Of a stretch of DNA of 64,000 bases, positions 1-14,072 are shown in pieces. The stretch spans positions 112,814 through 176,813 of the forward strand of contig MNCI01001451.1 of the NCBI GenBank assembly GCA_015680685.1, read 5' to 3'. This DNA is from Gnetum montanum. Its lineage: Eukaryota > Plantae > Gnetophyta. The notes under the pieces were generated by a model. That model made no database searches. It saw only the letters and a list, made by a program, of their open reading frames with translations, and was not told the DNA's origin. The translations under genes and the position numbers were made by a program. Positions within the stretch are counted from its first letter, which is position 1; each line of letters opens with the position of its first letter.

Positions 1-2842
1 AAAAAAGTATTGAACAATCTTAAAAAATAATAAAATATGTCAAACTAAATCTTCACAACAAGATTGAATTAGAAATGATAAAAATTTAAAGATCACAACC
101 TAGCCATAATTCATGGTTTGATTAGAAAACCAAATAGTAGAAAAATAATACTTTCTACGCTAACCATGATCATCACATGACTTAACCATGCCTTTTGATC
201 ACAAACCACAATTTAAACATGACTTTTGATTAACTCTAATTTACTCACAAAATCTTACAATAATAAAAGTATCATAAAAGTTCTAATCAAGATGTCATCA
301 CACGATGTGATGGATGATCACAACTAGACCATGACCTATGGTATTGCAAGTTTACTAAAATAGAGATTTAAGGGGTTTGGACTAACTATGATCTCATCCA
401 TGCCCATGATGAAAAATCATGACTTAATCTTGACTTATGGATAGCATAGTTTCATTACAAATTAATGTTATTCCATGATTTTAACTTGAAAATTAAGATA
501 GATAAAAATGGACATGAAATGATCATGCAACAGGCTCTAAACAACAAGGGATACTAACAAAAAGATATTGATAAAATAAAAATGTAATACATATCCCTAT
601 TAAGGAAAACGATTTCAGAATACTAATGTAGAACCTACTTTCATGAATCCCAAAAGGATCCATTCCACAAGCTTTTTAAGTAAATTAAGCAGATAAAATA
701 AGAATAACATAAGGAATTGGAAAAATTTCTTCCCTTGATTAAAATAACTCTAAAAATATAGAGAAATACATAAAAGTTAAGGAGCCAAGATAAACTAAAA
801 CCTCTTTTAGGAATCTTAGAGGTTACATGTCCTTTCTTAGTTTTGAATTACTCATAATGGAGTCAAACATTAAGACTATATATTTATTAGAGACTTTCCT
901 AATCTCTCTCAAGTGCTCTCCCTTACCTCTTAAATTTTCTACACAAGCTTTCTTCTTGGATAAGCTATGTTAGACATCTTTTAACTTTCTCTTTCTCAAC
1001 TTGTCTCTTAACACTTACCCAAACTCAGACCTTGGATACTTATTTCTAGTATCTTTTGTGATCTTTCACCTTCCTTAGTATTCAAAGATAAAAATTAATA
1101 TATTTTCTCTTACAAAAAAATAAAATAAAATAAAATAAAAGAAGACATCCTTGAAGTTGAAATACGTATTTTCTAAGAGTGAAATCATACATACGAAGAT
1201 ATCTTTGTGACTTAAAAGACATATTTCAAAACTTATCATGTACAAAAATGCCTTTCATCATGGAAATACATCTTTGATTTAGAAAAGATTTCTTTCAAGC
1301 ATAGAAGATGTCTTTCCAATTATCATCCAAAACAACAAGATGTCCTTACTAAATTTCCAAACATCTTGAATGCATTTCAAACTCTACAAGACATAAAGAC
1401 AACATATATAAGAAGATATACACAAAATAATAATGCATTAAGGATTACATGAAATGTTAGGTGATGTCCTCATCATCTCTTCCACTCATAAAATGTCATA
1501 CTTAATGACCTTTCACAAGTTGGAAGGCACAATGATCCCATGAATTAAGGCCATTATACTTAGCATAACAATCATGACTCAATGTATCAAAAAACATAAG
1601 AATGTTTAAAACCACTCCTAGTTAAAATGTTTGAGGTTTTGGTTTTGAGCTTCTCTTGATCATGGAAGCTTATCTTCATGCCCCACCATGCTACCTCCAA
1701 TTCAGCATCTCCTTGGAATGCTACCATTACATCCTCATGATGACCCAAACATGCACAAAAGTAGAACATGTACCTAGAAGAATAATTATTAGCATCAATC
1801 AATGGAGTAGGTCTCCTTGTCTAATTCCAAAATACTAATGATATTTCTCCACTTATTGTCAACTGATCTTTCTTATTCTCCTAACATCTTATTGCTAAGA
1901 TAAATTTCTATCTAGCATTAATACAAATGCTCAAAAGCATCAGTCAAGATAGTATTTCCATCAATAATTGACATTGGATAATAGCAAAAAAAACCTTCTT
2001 TTCATTCCTATAAGATTTTACATAATCATTCATGGTATCTATCTCAAATGCATTATCTTCTACATCCAAGAAAATTTCATCATAAATAGCATTCATCCTT
2101 ACCAATTCCTTACAACTAGGAGGCATCAATAAAAAATTCAAGGTATCAACCTTACTTTGAATAATAATGGATAGCAACCTAAGCTTATGATTTTCATGAT
2201 TCATAGTCCAACTATGATTTTATCCATCAAAAATAACTTTATTATCATAATTTCATGGTCTAGAAAACATGAGATCTAAATAATTGATAGGTAAATACAT
2301 TGTAAAAAATCTGATCATGAAAATATCTAATGGAATAATCAATAATGTACTGTTTCTTAACTTTCTTATAATGATTATTTATTAACCAATGGAATTTTTA
2401 TAGATTAGGGTGAGGACTTATAGATAAATGCAATGACTTCATAGACTTGGTAAAGATCACATTCTCTTGTGCTTGACAATCAATGAGCATAATCAATGAA
2501 TAATCTTTAGAATCATAATTAGTTTTAAACAAAATCTTTCATATAACATCTTGATTTACACTAACATGTCCAACTAATTTACAACTATTGAACTCAAATT
2601 ACTCAAAAATGTACAAAGAAATAGGTTTACATACCTTTCATGAATATTCATGATCATCTTCTTGCATTGTTTGAATTTCTTTATCCTTATAGGTATTCTT
2701 ATTTGGTTTAGTGCACTCCAACTATCTACATCATGTTTACCATAATTATAGCATAATTCATTACCTTTTAGAGATCTTTCCCTTTTTCGTCCCTTCCTTA
2801 AAGAAGTAGAATCCATTTCATTCTTTTTCTTATATTCTAATT

Positions 2843-3417
2843 TGTAACGTCCCCATTCTAAAATGGTGCTATTGCATAATGAAGATGGTGCCTCTTCATA
2901 ACAAGTGTTATCATTATCATAATAAGACCTAAAAGGGCATGTTGTAATTGAGACCTAAAAGGGTGCATTGTAATAATGGACATGTCTCTTTAGTTAACCT
3001 TTGGGGTTGTGACCTATGGCATTTATTCCTGGGCTTAAAGGTCATGCTAGCATGGTGCAGTGGAGTTGGTAATGGTGAGTCACAAAAGTAAAATGAAGCA
3101 GAATAGGAAGGGGACTAGCCATCCCTTCTAGCTAGTGATAGGCCTAACCATGGTGGTAGTGTTGGATTGGCTATAAGGCGATAGATGCTAAAGGAAGAAA
3201 ATCCTAGGGAACAGTCTTAGAGCATGATCTAGATACTCTATTCCATATCAATAAAGCACTCTTTCCTCTATTCTTTTGCACCTTCCCTGTTATTTTCATT
3301 ATGCATTATGTCAAATGTTACGTATATTTGATGTTTGGTAAATTGTCTTCTTACACATAATGTCTAATATAACGTATATTTGATGTTTGCCATGACATCC
3401 TAGAATGGGATGTCACA
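2843..3417. mobile_element. Solo LTR (575 bp) inserted in the CRM-like gag
   Basis: TG...CA ends with imperfect terminal inverted repeat (TGTAACGTCCCCATTCTA / TAGAATGGGATGTCACA); perfect 5-bp TSD TAATT at 2838-2842 and 3418-3422. Confidence 0.9.
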
Positions 3418-4629
3418 TAATTCCTCCTTTGATAATTTCTTTATCTTTTAAGCTATTTATTTCTTATTTTTAATCTTATGATCCTTTTCTTATTTTAAGA
3501 AAAATTCTTAATTTTCAATTTAGCTTTGAGAGTAAGATCATAGGCTTCATCAAGAGTATTATGCTTATAGAATGCTAATTCTTGCTGATATTGCAATGTT
3601 AATCCACTAATGACTTTAGAATCTTATTCATACATAGTCAAATGAACATCAACCATTTTCAATGCTTTAAAAAATTCAACATGATGTTTTTTTCCCTTTA
3701 GATACCCTTTCTTAAGCAATTTTAGCTTCTTGAAGGCTTCATGATAGAAGGATTGTGTTAGGAAACTTTTTCTTCATCATGAAATCCATTAGTTTTCAAC
3801 TCTTAATGGATCTTCCATGTTCTTTAACATACTTGAGAAATTCCTTGTCCCAACATTTGACTAGAAATCCTTCATGTTTACTCTCAACAATACGAATAAT
3901 TTACTTAGTAGAAAGTTTCTCATGAAGAAAATACTTATTCACAACTATAAAGAAAGAAAGAAAGAAATAAGTACCCTCAACAACTTTAAAGATGGGAATA
4001 TCCACATGAGGAACTCTAAAAGAAGTTTTTAAAATTTTTACAAACATTTCATCATTTTTTGCCTCGTTATTATGAAGAAAAGGAAAATTTTTCTCATACC
4101 TTTGAGTTCTAGTCTCTTCTTTTCTTGGATTTATTTGATCATTTCCTCCTATTAATCTTTCAATAGATGCAAAAGGATTCTCCTCTTCACTTTTTCTTGA
4201 AGTTTTATCAAAATATTGGTGCTTGCTAACCATTACTTTGGAAAGGACTTCTTGTCTTTCAACCTCAAAATCCTTAAAAAGGTCTATGAGATCTTTAAGC
4301 TTTTGTTCAAATGCTTGATTTATCATCTTATTAGAATCCATACCTTTTATAATGATAAAGGTAAATGCTTAAAGATAAAAGATGACATATTTAAGAAATT
4401 CCTTTCAATTCAAGTAAAGAAGATTCTAAATTCTAACATAAAGTGTAATGAAGATGTAATTAACTTCAAATCCTACCTTTTAAGTAAATGGATGTTCAAC
4501 TATGAAAAAAAAACTTAATGTTACAAGATTCAAGTAATCTTTACAAATCTTGTATTCTTCAAAGACTAAGTGGATGTAATTATATCCAATTCTTGAATTT
4601 TCTTCAAAACTTGATAAAGATCACTAAAT

Positions 4630-5640
4630 TGTGTATGGAAAGAAGGGGAATGAGATAATGGAAATCTCACACCCTTTTATTTTAACATTAGAGAGAGTGG
4701 GAGAGGGAGGAAGGGGTGGGGTAGGGGGGTGTGGTTTGTGAGGGGGAAGGAAGGGAAGTTTGAAGGTCAAAATGGAAACCTGGTAGTTTCCAAAGATGGT
4801 TTTGGTAGGCTGCCAACTTTTACCATAAAGAAGGGAAAAATAGGTTTGGTTGGTATGAAAACAAACATTAATCTTTTAGAAAAAATGTTGTAGAAAAAAT
4901 TAAATGGTTTTTAAGGCTTCCATGCTAGCTTTGTTCTAGAAATTCACAACAGATGTTGTGAAACTTCAACATCCACACCACCTGCAACTTTCACACTGAG
5001 AATTCTGCTATAGGGGGGTAAAGACAACATTGGATTCCTTGGGAGTTTTAGCTTCAAAAACTAGAAAATGGCTTTCAACCTACAATCTTGGCAATGGAAT
5101 AAAAGTTGATCTAATCATTAAGTTGGTAACAAACCTCATCCACATCGGCCTACCAATTGCCTCTACATTGAGTATGGCAAAAAGGGGGAAAGAAGGAGGT
5201 GAGATGATGGGAATCTCACACATCCTACCTTAATGTTGATGAGGGGAAGGAAGAAAAATAGAGTGGAAAGTTGGTGTTTTTCCACTAAAATTTGTTTTTA
5301 GTGAGCTACCAATTTTCTCAACTTGAAAAAAATGGGGGAAGCCAACTTATGGAAGAGTTGAACCACCCAATTTAGAAACTAGAGAATAAAATATTCATAG
5401 TAGAAAGGAAAAATAAGGGGAAAGAGATGTCAACATTGGCTTTGGGCTATAAAATTAATAGCAAGTGTTGTGAAAAGCCAACACATAACCACCTACAACT
5501 TCCACATTGTAATTTTGGTCACATGGGGGGAAAGATCAACATTAATTATTCAAAGGTTTTGGTTGTAAAAAATCAAAGAAAAGTTTGCAAATGGCCATGT
5601 TGGTAATGGAGAAGAATAGATATGGTCATAGAATTCAAGT
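4630..5640. repeat. Diverged ~510-550 bp tandem duplication in the CRM-like leader
   Basis: Paired motifs TGAGAT.ATGG.AATCTCACAC (~4651 / ~5200) and TGTTGTGAAA...CACCT.CAACTT.CACA.TG...GGGGG.AAAGA..ACATT (~4954 / ~5466). Confidence 0.65.
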
Positions 5641-8420
5641 GAAGGCCCTTCTTCTAGCATCAAGAAAAACTATTACAACTGAAAATCTTGGTCCCTCAAG
5701 AAACTAGAGATCCCTAGTGTAGCAGTTCCTCAACCCCAAATCCCTAGGGTTTCCATAAGAAAAATGAGATTCTAGATGCCATGGCTAGTCCAACATATCA
5801 ACCAAGGACTTATGAAATGCAACCCTATGTCACTATATGCAATGCATGGAATGTGCTTCCTTTTGCTCTTTCCAAATTCATTTTCCTTGGAAATTTCCAA
5901 GGAGAGGTCTTAGATTCCCAACCATGCATTAATTGTACTAAACCTAGCCCTTTCCATGATGATTGAGAATTTCCCCTTGTAGTTATCAATACAAATCACT
6001 AGAAAGCTAGTAAGATAGGACCACCCATAGATGGTGGTCATAATGTCTTTCACTAGTCCCAAGGGAATGGTGATGGAATAATCTACCAACTCAAGATGAA
6101 TGTTGCTCTTCATGAGTGGAGGTAGGTTCTAGGCTTTGTACATTTCATGAAAAATCAAATTTACACCAGAACCGAATTCAAGAAGAGTCTTGTGAGGTTC
6201 ATTCCTAGAGATTTGCAAATCAATGAGGGGACTCCCAGGAGTAAATATTTTCTTGGAAAGTTTACCAGCATTTATCCAATACATGACAACATGGATCAAC
6301 ATTACAGTGTGGAAATTGGAAGACATTTGGTCTAAAGGGACCTCAGATGAGGTTGCACATGATGAGGAAGATATAGGTTCATCAACCGTAGGTATTTGTA
6401 AGGACTTTGAAGGACTACTAGTTTGGGAGAAAGGTCCTTTTTTTGGGGTTTTCCCTCTAAACCACTTGGTTGAGGAGGCATCTATAAGTTAATAGCCCTT
6501 GTGGCATTTTTTTTTGTTGTAGTTGGACATGAATTTCATCCTACATTGTTGGAGCTACTGGTAATTGAGTTGAGGGTGGAGGTATAGTTGTAGAAGAATG
6601 GGGAGGGTAGAATGGAAATGAGGATTCTTATTATAGAGATTCAACTCTATAGTATTCAAGAGGGTAGTAGTGGTATTGAAAAGAGGCATGACTAGAAGAA
6701 TCATGTAGAAAAATTGGTTGTTGAACATAGTACCCATAGGGATGTAGTTGTTAGTAAGGATATTTCTACCTTGGTGGTGGCATCCCCCATGACTATGGAT
6801 GCTATCATTACTAGTATTGCTCATGAGGTTGGGTGAAGCTCCACTCAAATAGTAGGCTTGCTGTTGGTGGAACTACTTGTAATTGCTTTGAGCATAAGGT
6901 AAAATCTTGGGTGCTTGCCTTGCTACCAATCTAGGATTCAGTGAATACACCCTAGACTTCTGCAAATGTGACACAATCGGGTAACATTCCTTAGGATGTT
7001 CATATTGGTAGATGTCACATCCATCATCATCATCCATCTTAGATTTCATAACCTCCTCAATGATAGTAGCTTTACCCTTACTCCTTTGATGGGCACCTTT
7101 AGCTTCTTTCATTCTCCTTTGGTCACAATTGCTACCTTCCTCTTTGGAATCTTTTGTAATTCCAAGAGTAGTTTGAAATTTTTCATTCAAAGAATCCCAC
7201 ATTTTTTCTACCTTGGACAATATTTTAGAAATAGATTTTTGTATTGGCAAAGTTTTATGCTATGCCACTTCATCAAGTGGTGCCTCCTCCTTGTTGTCAT
7301 AGAACTAGACTTTCCTTTTTCAAATGAAAGAATCCTAGTTGTACTCCTTCACAATTTCCCTTTTTTACAACTCACCCTCTTCTTTGGCCACCTACTCAAT
7401 TAGCCTTTGGATTTGATGGGCATTAAGCTTTGAAAGTCTCCCTTGGGCATAGACCCCAAGAGTTCTCCTTATTTCTATTCAAAGGCCATCTATGATATGG
7501 CAAAGCTACTCCCTTTAAGAAAATTCATGGCCTAGGCACCTATGAAATAGAAAGTAATATCTACCCATGGATGCATCCAATGATTCATGTGTTCCTTATC
7601 TTCACCCCTATATCTAGTTCCTTAGATTGGACACTTGGTAGTACATTTGATACTTCTTGTTGAAAAGTTCAAGCATCATACTCCATTGTTTAATTAATTT
7701 TGGTTCTAAGGATTGGTACCAGCTTTTTGCCTCCTTAATGAGTGTCCTTGGGAATAGCTTTAGGTTTTTCCCTTCATTTTTAATGTTCTACAAGACATAG
7801 GAATTATGAAAGAATTGAAGATGGATTTGTGGATTTGAGTTGTATCCCCATTCAAACTTGGGAATGTTGTTCATAGCCAACCATTTGATTTTGCTATATG
7901 TCACATGCCTTGTTGGAATTCTCATGGACTTTGCAATATTTAACATATTTCTATGATGGACATGATGCCTATGATGTCCTCTATTATCCCTTCTATCATG
8001 GTGGTGGACCTCCCTTGATTGCCCATGCCATTGGTCTCTATTGGTTTGGTAGACCCTATGATCATCTCTATCCCATAGGTCACCTTCATCATGGTCACAT
8101 CCTCTAAAAATTTGATTAGAGGTAGAGGAGAAAGAAGATGAGCATGTTGAATGTGAAGAGGGAGGAGATCCAACATTAGTGTGATGCCTGCTATTGCCTC
8201 TTCTTTAGTCACAACCACAATCATCATGCTTGTCATCATCATGATGCTTTTCAATATTCCTACCTTGACTCCCACCTTTGGGGCTCCCATGGCCATGGGA
8301 CACATTCTTCCCTAAAGCAAGGTTGTTCATAGTGGACTAGAAGTTATGGTTAAGGATCCTCACTTCAAAGACAAGGGAAGAAGAGTTTGTAAATTGAGAA
8401 CCCCCAAAAAAGGAATCCTC

Positions 8421-8983
8421 TGTGAGAGAGGTAGTAGGGTTGTTGGTAGCCTGCTACCTCCCCCATGGTTCAGGGGCCATGGGGGCATAAGGGGTCCGTC
8501 GCTCCTTGTGTCTTTGGAACCATACTGGCATGGCAATTCCATGCATTAGTAAGAGGTGGCTACAACCTACCTCATTACCTCACTTGGTAGGACCTTGCCT
8601 GGGAGGGTTGCGTAGTTCAACTCTGCGTTGGGCTGTTTTTACTGGGTATGTCATGGGACGTGCTATGGGATGTTGCGTGCGCTCCTTGGAGCATGACACC
8701 AACTACCAGCACGCGGTGATGAATCTAGAGGGTTCAGCTGGTAGTCCCTGTGGTGTCCACATGAGTGGAGCAAGGGAGTGCTATCTAGCTTGTTAGTGTA
8801 TTGCGAATATTGTTTATGAAACACCGCTCAGGAGACATGCTAACGCTAACACATTGTTTGTTGGCATGTGTTTCAAGCTTGTTGATTGCTGAGGCATATT
8901 CCTCTTGAGTTTGTCCCGATTCAGAATCTGCTTGGGAAACTCTTGGGGTGCCGAACAATGTGCTTAGGGACAACGTTGTTATA
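8421..8983 (+). repeat. 5' LTR of the Galadriel-like element
   Basis: Starts TGTGAGAG, ends TTGTTATA (CA>TA); direct repeat of 14682-15246. Confidence 0.95.
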
Positions 8984-8985
8984 GA

Positions 8986-8997
8986 TGGTATCAGAGC
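8986..8997 (+). promoter_or_regulatory. Primer binding site, tRNA-iMet
   Basis: TGGTATCAGAGC 2 bp after the 5' LTR; canonical plant iMet PBS. Confidence 0.93.
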
Positions 8998-9242
8998 CTC
9001 ACAGTTTCAGTTGTTGATAAAACTTTCTCGCTAAGTGGGTATCAGGGTTTGTGGTTTGTGAGGTTTTCATTTTCACCATTTTCAACTTCTGCTAACCACT
9101 CTCCCTTGGAGGGTGGCCTTGTACTAAAGCTCTCTCTTTGGCATACATGAAGCTTGGTGGACTGAGTGACATGGCTGATGTTCAAGAAAATCCAGAAATT
9201 GAGGCCGAAATAGAACTTGGTTAGGATGAGACTAAGTTTCAA

Positions 9243-12200
9243 ATGTTATGGGATCATGTCAGGGTAATTGATGAGGCCTTAGCCTATCCTGGTCCAGAAA
9301 ACGTGGATGCGATCCATCACATTCTTAAAGATGTTGACTTGCCACAAGAAAAGATGGATCTTCCCTCCAAGGATAGGATGAAATTGGAAGAGGCTAAGGT
9401 TTCAATCTTGGAAGGTCATATGGATCGCATGATCAACCTCTACAAGGATCTATTTGGTTCCTTGGAAGAGGCACAAACAAAAGCATCCTTGGTTAAGGAC
9501 TTAGTTGGTCAGGTGAAAATTCTGGAGGATGCCCTGGTGGGGGTAAATCAAGAACTATCTAATTTTGAAAATTGAAAATGCCATCCTGAAATCCTCTTTA
9601 GCAGGACACTTGGCAGATGAGCTAGTAACGACAGCCCGTATCAAAGCTAGAGAACCAAGTTCTTATGATGGTGAGAGAAATGATGCTAAAATCGATGCTT
9701 TCCTCCATGATGCGGAGATGTACCTAAATACTGGGGGTGTTCCTGCAACCCAAAAGGTCTCCACAACATCACAATTTCTCATAGGAAGTGCTAAAAAGAA
9801 AAGGGCACCATGATTGTGGCTTAGTCTCCTCCGTGCCCAAGAAAAGGGCACCATGACAGAAAATATCGAGACATGGGATAGCTTTAAGGCTGCATTGATC
9901 AAACAGTTCCATCCTGGAAACTCTGAATGGGTCACTAGAACCAAGTTAGAGACCCCAAAACATTTGGGAAAGCTTGAGGATTATATCAATAGCTTCCAAG
10001 AACTCATGTTACTGATTCCCAATATGGGAGATCGGGATCATTTCTTTAAATTCATAAATGGGCTACAACCATGGGCGTAGATGGAATTGCATCGAAGAGG
10101 CATTAACTCCCTCATGGAGGCTATTGTGGCTACTGGCACTTTTCTGGACTTCAAGGCAACAAAGCCAGATAAGGGCAAGCCAGGGAAGGATAAGCATTGC
10201 ATGCCCTCCCACTCTCAGAGAACAGATACAGGATCCATCAAAGATGGAAATACCTTTAGATCAGTTCAACAAGGTAGTCGCTTGATGGGTGGTCCTCTAG
10301 GGAACCAAGGCTCCCAACAAAAATGCAAAGATACAGGGAGCAAGTGGCAACCTTGGGCCAAGAAGAAGAAGTTTACAGGAGGCACCTTTAAGGGGCCAAT
10401 TCAATGCTTCTTGTGTCGTGGAAATCACTTGGTAGGAAATTGTCCCATGAGTTTAGGAAGCACTAAGAATAGGCAGGGGCTAGCTCCTGGGAAATAATTG
10501 ATGGCACTTGATTATTATCTTGATCCATGCCTTCATATTATTGATGGAAGCACATCGAGGAAACAGCTAAGGCTAGCGGTGATAATGGAGTTATCAGACA
10601 TGGTTACACAGAGGTCAGGGGCTAGAAACTCCCAAAATCCTAATCCTGATACTCTACATCAGGTTCAATTGGCCCCAATCATTGTGAGCACGAGTTAGCT
10701 AAGTTCCCTCATTGATAATGGGGCTAGTTACAATTACATGGTTCCAGCCATGGTGAAAAACCTATAGCTAAATATGGAACCTGTCCAAGCATCCTGCAAG
10801 TTGGCCAAGTTTAGGCCCCTTCAGTGCATCAGGGTGTGTCGTGGTGTCCGCGTTCAAGTGGGCTCATGGCAAGGAGTGCTAGATTTTTCAATTCTAGACA
10901 TGGACTCCTTTCAGGTCATTTTGGGGTAAGAATTTTTATGCAAGGCCAAAGTTTTTATAGCCCCACATCTGGACTTGATTTTTATTTTACATGAAAGCTC
11001 TCTGTGCATTGTTCAAACTCATGAAGAACAAATGGAAAAGGATGAGGTTGCTAGCCCCCAGATTGTGTCACCAATGATGATGAAACACTTGGCCAGGGAC
11101 CCTACCAGGAAATTTCTGCTAGCTATGCAAACGGGTGATCCTTCTAAGGCTTGTGGATCCCAAGCTATTGTTGACCCATGCATAGCATAGGTGCTTGATA
11201 AGTTTAAAGATGTGATGTCACCTGAACTGCCTGGTAGTTTGCCACCTCGGAGAGTAGTGGATTACAAAATCGAATTGCAGCCTAGCATTGATCCTCCTAT
11301 CTAGAGGCCATACCGGTTAATAGGACTAGAATTGGGGAAACTGAAAAAGTAGCTTAAAGGTTTAATGTCCAAGGGATACATTCATTCCTCAAAATCCCCT
11401 TATGGGGCACCGGTGCTATTTGTTACCAAGGAGGACAGAACACTATGGCTCTGTTGTGATTATAAACTGCTGAATAAACACACGATCAAGAACAAGTACC
11501 CAGTGCCGCTCATTTTTGACTTGTTTGATCAATTGGTAGGGGCTTGATATTTTACCCAGCTAGACCTCAAACAAGGATACTATTAGGTTCGTATTGCATA
11601 AGGGGATGAAGCAAAAACTGCATGTGTAACATGGTATGGATCATATGAATGGATCGTAATACCTTTCGGGCTTTGCAATGCACCGACTACATTTTGTACG
11701 TTGATGAACGAGATATTTCAACCCTTCCTAAATAAATTTGTGGTCATTTATCTTGATGACATCATGATATATAGCTAGTCAATGGAGGAACATGCCCTCC
11801 ACCTGCAGATGGTCCTTGAGAAGCTACGAGAAAATCGGTTGTACGTTAAGAAAGAAAAATGTGAATTCTACTGCTCAGAGCTAAAATTTTTGGGGCATCT
11901 CATGGGGTATGGGTAAGTAAAGCCAAATTCAAAGAAGGTAGAGGTTGTACGCCAATGGCCCGCTCCCACTAATGTACATGAGGTCAGACAGTTCATGGGA
12001 TTAGCTACTTTCTATCGGAAATTCATCAAAAATTTCTCAAGAATTGCTGCTCCTCTAACCAATCTGCAAAAGAAAGAAGTTGCATGGGAGTGGGATGCAA
12101 ATTGTCAGAAAGCCTTTGAGAGGATCAAAGAGGCTTTAACCTCCCATCTAGTGTTGGCGTTGCCCAATTTCTTGAAACCCTTTGAGGTTCATACAGATGC

Positions 12201-14072
12201 TAGTGACAATGCAATTGGGGGCGTCTTGCTACAGGAAGGTCATTTTGTCACTTATGAAAGTTAGAAGCAAAATCAAGTAGAGTAGAGGTGGCCAGTCCAT
12301 GAAAAAGAAATTTTTGCTATTGTCCATTTCTTGAGAGCATGGAGACACTACTTGCTGGGAAGTTGTGTCCTTGTGAAGACGGATAACCTGGCCACTAGCT
12401 ACTTGATGAATCAAATGAAGTTGAGGCCCAAATAGGCTCGATGATTGGCCATGTTGTCCAAATTTGATTTGCAATTGACTTACCATCCTGGAAAGGAGAA
12501 CGTGGTGGTAGATGCATTGAGTCACCATCCTTAACCTACCTCTCAGCTCTTTTCCATGATTGGGCCACAAACTTCGCATGTTCAATGGGACGAAGTGTTG
12601 TTGGCTAGAATTTAAGATGGTTTGAAAAGGGACCCCCATATCATTGATTTAATGAAACTGATAGAAACTAGGTGAGCACCACAGTTCAAAATGAGAGATG
12701 GACTACTTTGGTTTTGGGATAGTTAGATATGCATTCTAGATTGGGATGGCCTACGCAAGGAGATCATTCGAGAATGCCATGACACACAGTGGGCAGGGTA
12801 CCCTGGACAGCAAAGGACCTTGTCTCTCATTGAGAGAACCTTCTTCTGGCCAAAATGTACCGTGATGTGATTGCTTATATCCAAAAGTGTATGGTGTGCC
12901 AGCAGGATAAGGGGTCTACAGAGTATTTGAGTGGTCTTCTACTGGCCTTGGAGATCCCTCCATTTCCATGGGCTATAGTGTCTATGGACTTCATCACAGG
13001 ATTTCCAAATATTCAGGGCTTAAGCAGCATTATTTTTGTGGTGGAAACATTCTCTAAATTTGCCATATGCATTCCCTGTCCATCACAGTGTTCGGCTGAG
13101 GACATGACAACATACTATTTTGACAGGGTGGTTCGATATTTTGGGTTACCCATGAGCATCATTTCAGATTGAGATTTGTGCTTTACAAGTGCTTTTTAGC
13201 AACCACTATTTGGCATGATGGGTACCACCCTCAAATTGTGAATGAGCTTTCATCCCTAGACTGATGGGCAGATGGAACGGATGAATCGGGTACTTGAAGA
13301 GTACCTTCATCACTATGTTCATAGTGACCAAAAGAACTGGCCATTTCTGTTAGGGATTGCCCAGTTGAGCTATAACATCCAAAATTCCTCAGCTACTGGG
13401 TTTTCCCCTATGGAACTAGTAATGGGAAGGTAGCCCATTACCCCTCATATGGTCTCCCCCTCGTTGCAGGGTTGGCATCCCATAGCGGATGAATTCTTGA
13501 AGAGGTGGTTTGAAAATGTTGATACAACAAAGTATCATTTGGAGAGGGTTGTGCAACGAATGAAAAAATATGCTGATTGAAAATGCTAGCCTTGTGAATT
13601 CAAGATGGGAGTTTGGGTCCTTCTGAAGTTGGACCCACATCAGTTTAAACCGAAACAAGGAACTACCTCCAAGCTGATGAGGCAATATGATGGTCCCTTC
13701 TGGATCATCGATAAAATTAACCCTATGACATATAAGCTTTAGCTACCGATAAATATGGACCAAGTCCATTCAGTTTTTCATGTTAGCATGTTGAAGCCAT
13801 TTCCGGATGGATTCCCATATCTGGAGAGAAGCCTCTCGATCAGAGAGCGACCTTGTATACAATCTATACAAGGAAAGAGAGTAGAATGCATCCAAAACTT
13901 CCAGACCTCTGGCCATGGGGCATATTTAAAAGTGGAGTTCCTCGTCCACTGGAAACATCATCCTGACTCAGACAATAGCTGGGAATCACTAGAGCATTTG
14001 AGGTCCCAGGAAAACTTGATCCTGTACTTCTGTAGGGAGCAAGCAATTGACCTCTCACCTTGGCTGCTCTGA
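9243..14072 (+). pseudogene. gag-pol polyprotein with C-terminal chromodomain, many stops and frameshifts
   Basis: gag EPSSYDGERNDAKIDAFL; knuckle CFLCRGNHLVGNC; protease LIDNGAS (~10708); [18 protein letters not shown] and YLDD (11749-11760); RNaseH FEVHTDASDNAIGGVL; integrase HDTQWAGYPG...CMVC and SMDFITGF; chromodomain EFLVHWKHHPDSDNSWESLEHL. Confidence 0.93.

Larger units (their letters stand above)
1..5781 (-). mobile_element. Degenerate CRM-like Ty3/gypsy element, gag-protease only; 3' LTR runs off the left end, 5' LTR missing
   Basis: LTR edge CATCA at 1471-1475 (TGATG on minus) abuts a polypurine tract (1476-1487, minus GAGTGGAAGAGA). Minus-strand gag remnant from ORF 3901-4341 (RVPHVDIPIF...), knuckle remnant LCYNYGKH (~2745), protease remnant LIMLIDCQAQENVI (~2460-2500, cf. 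CRM IIDSGSCENVV). PBS-like TGGCATCTAGAA at 5770-5781. No RT/INT seen. Confidence 0.6.
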
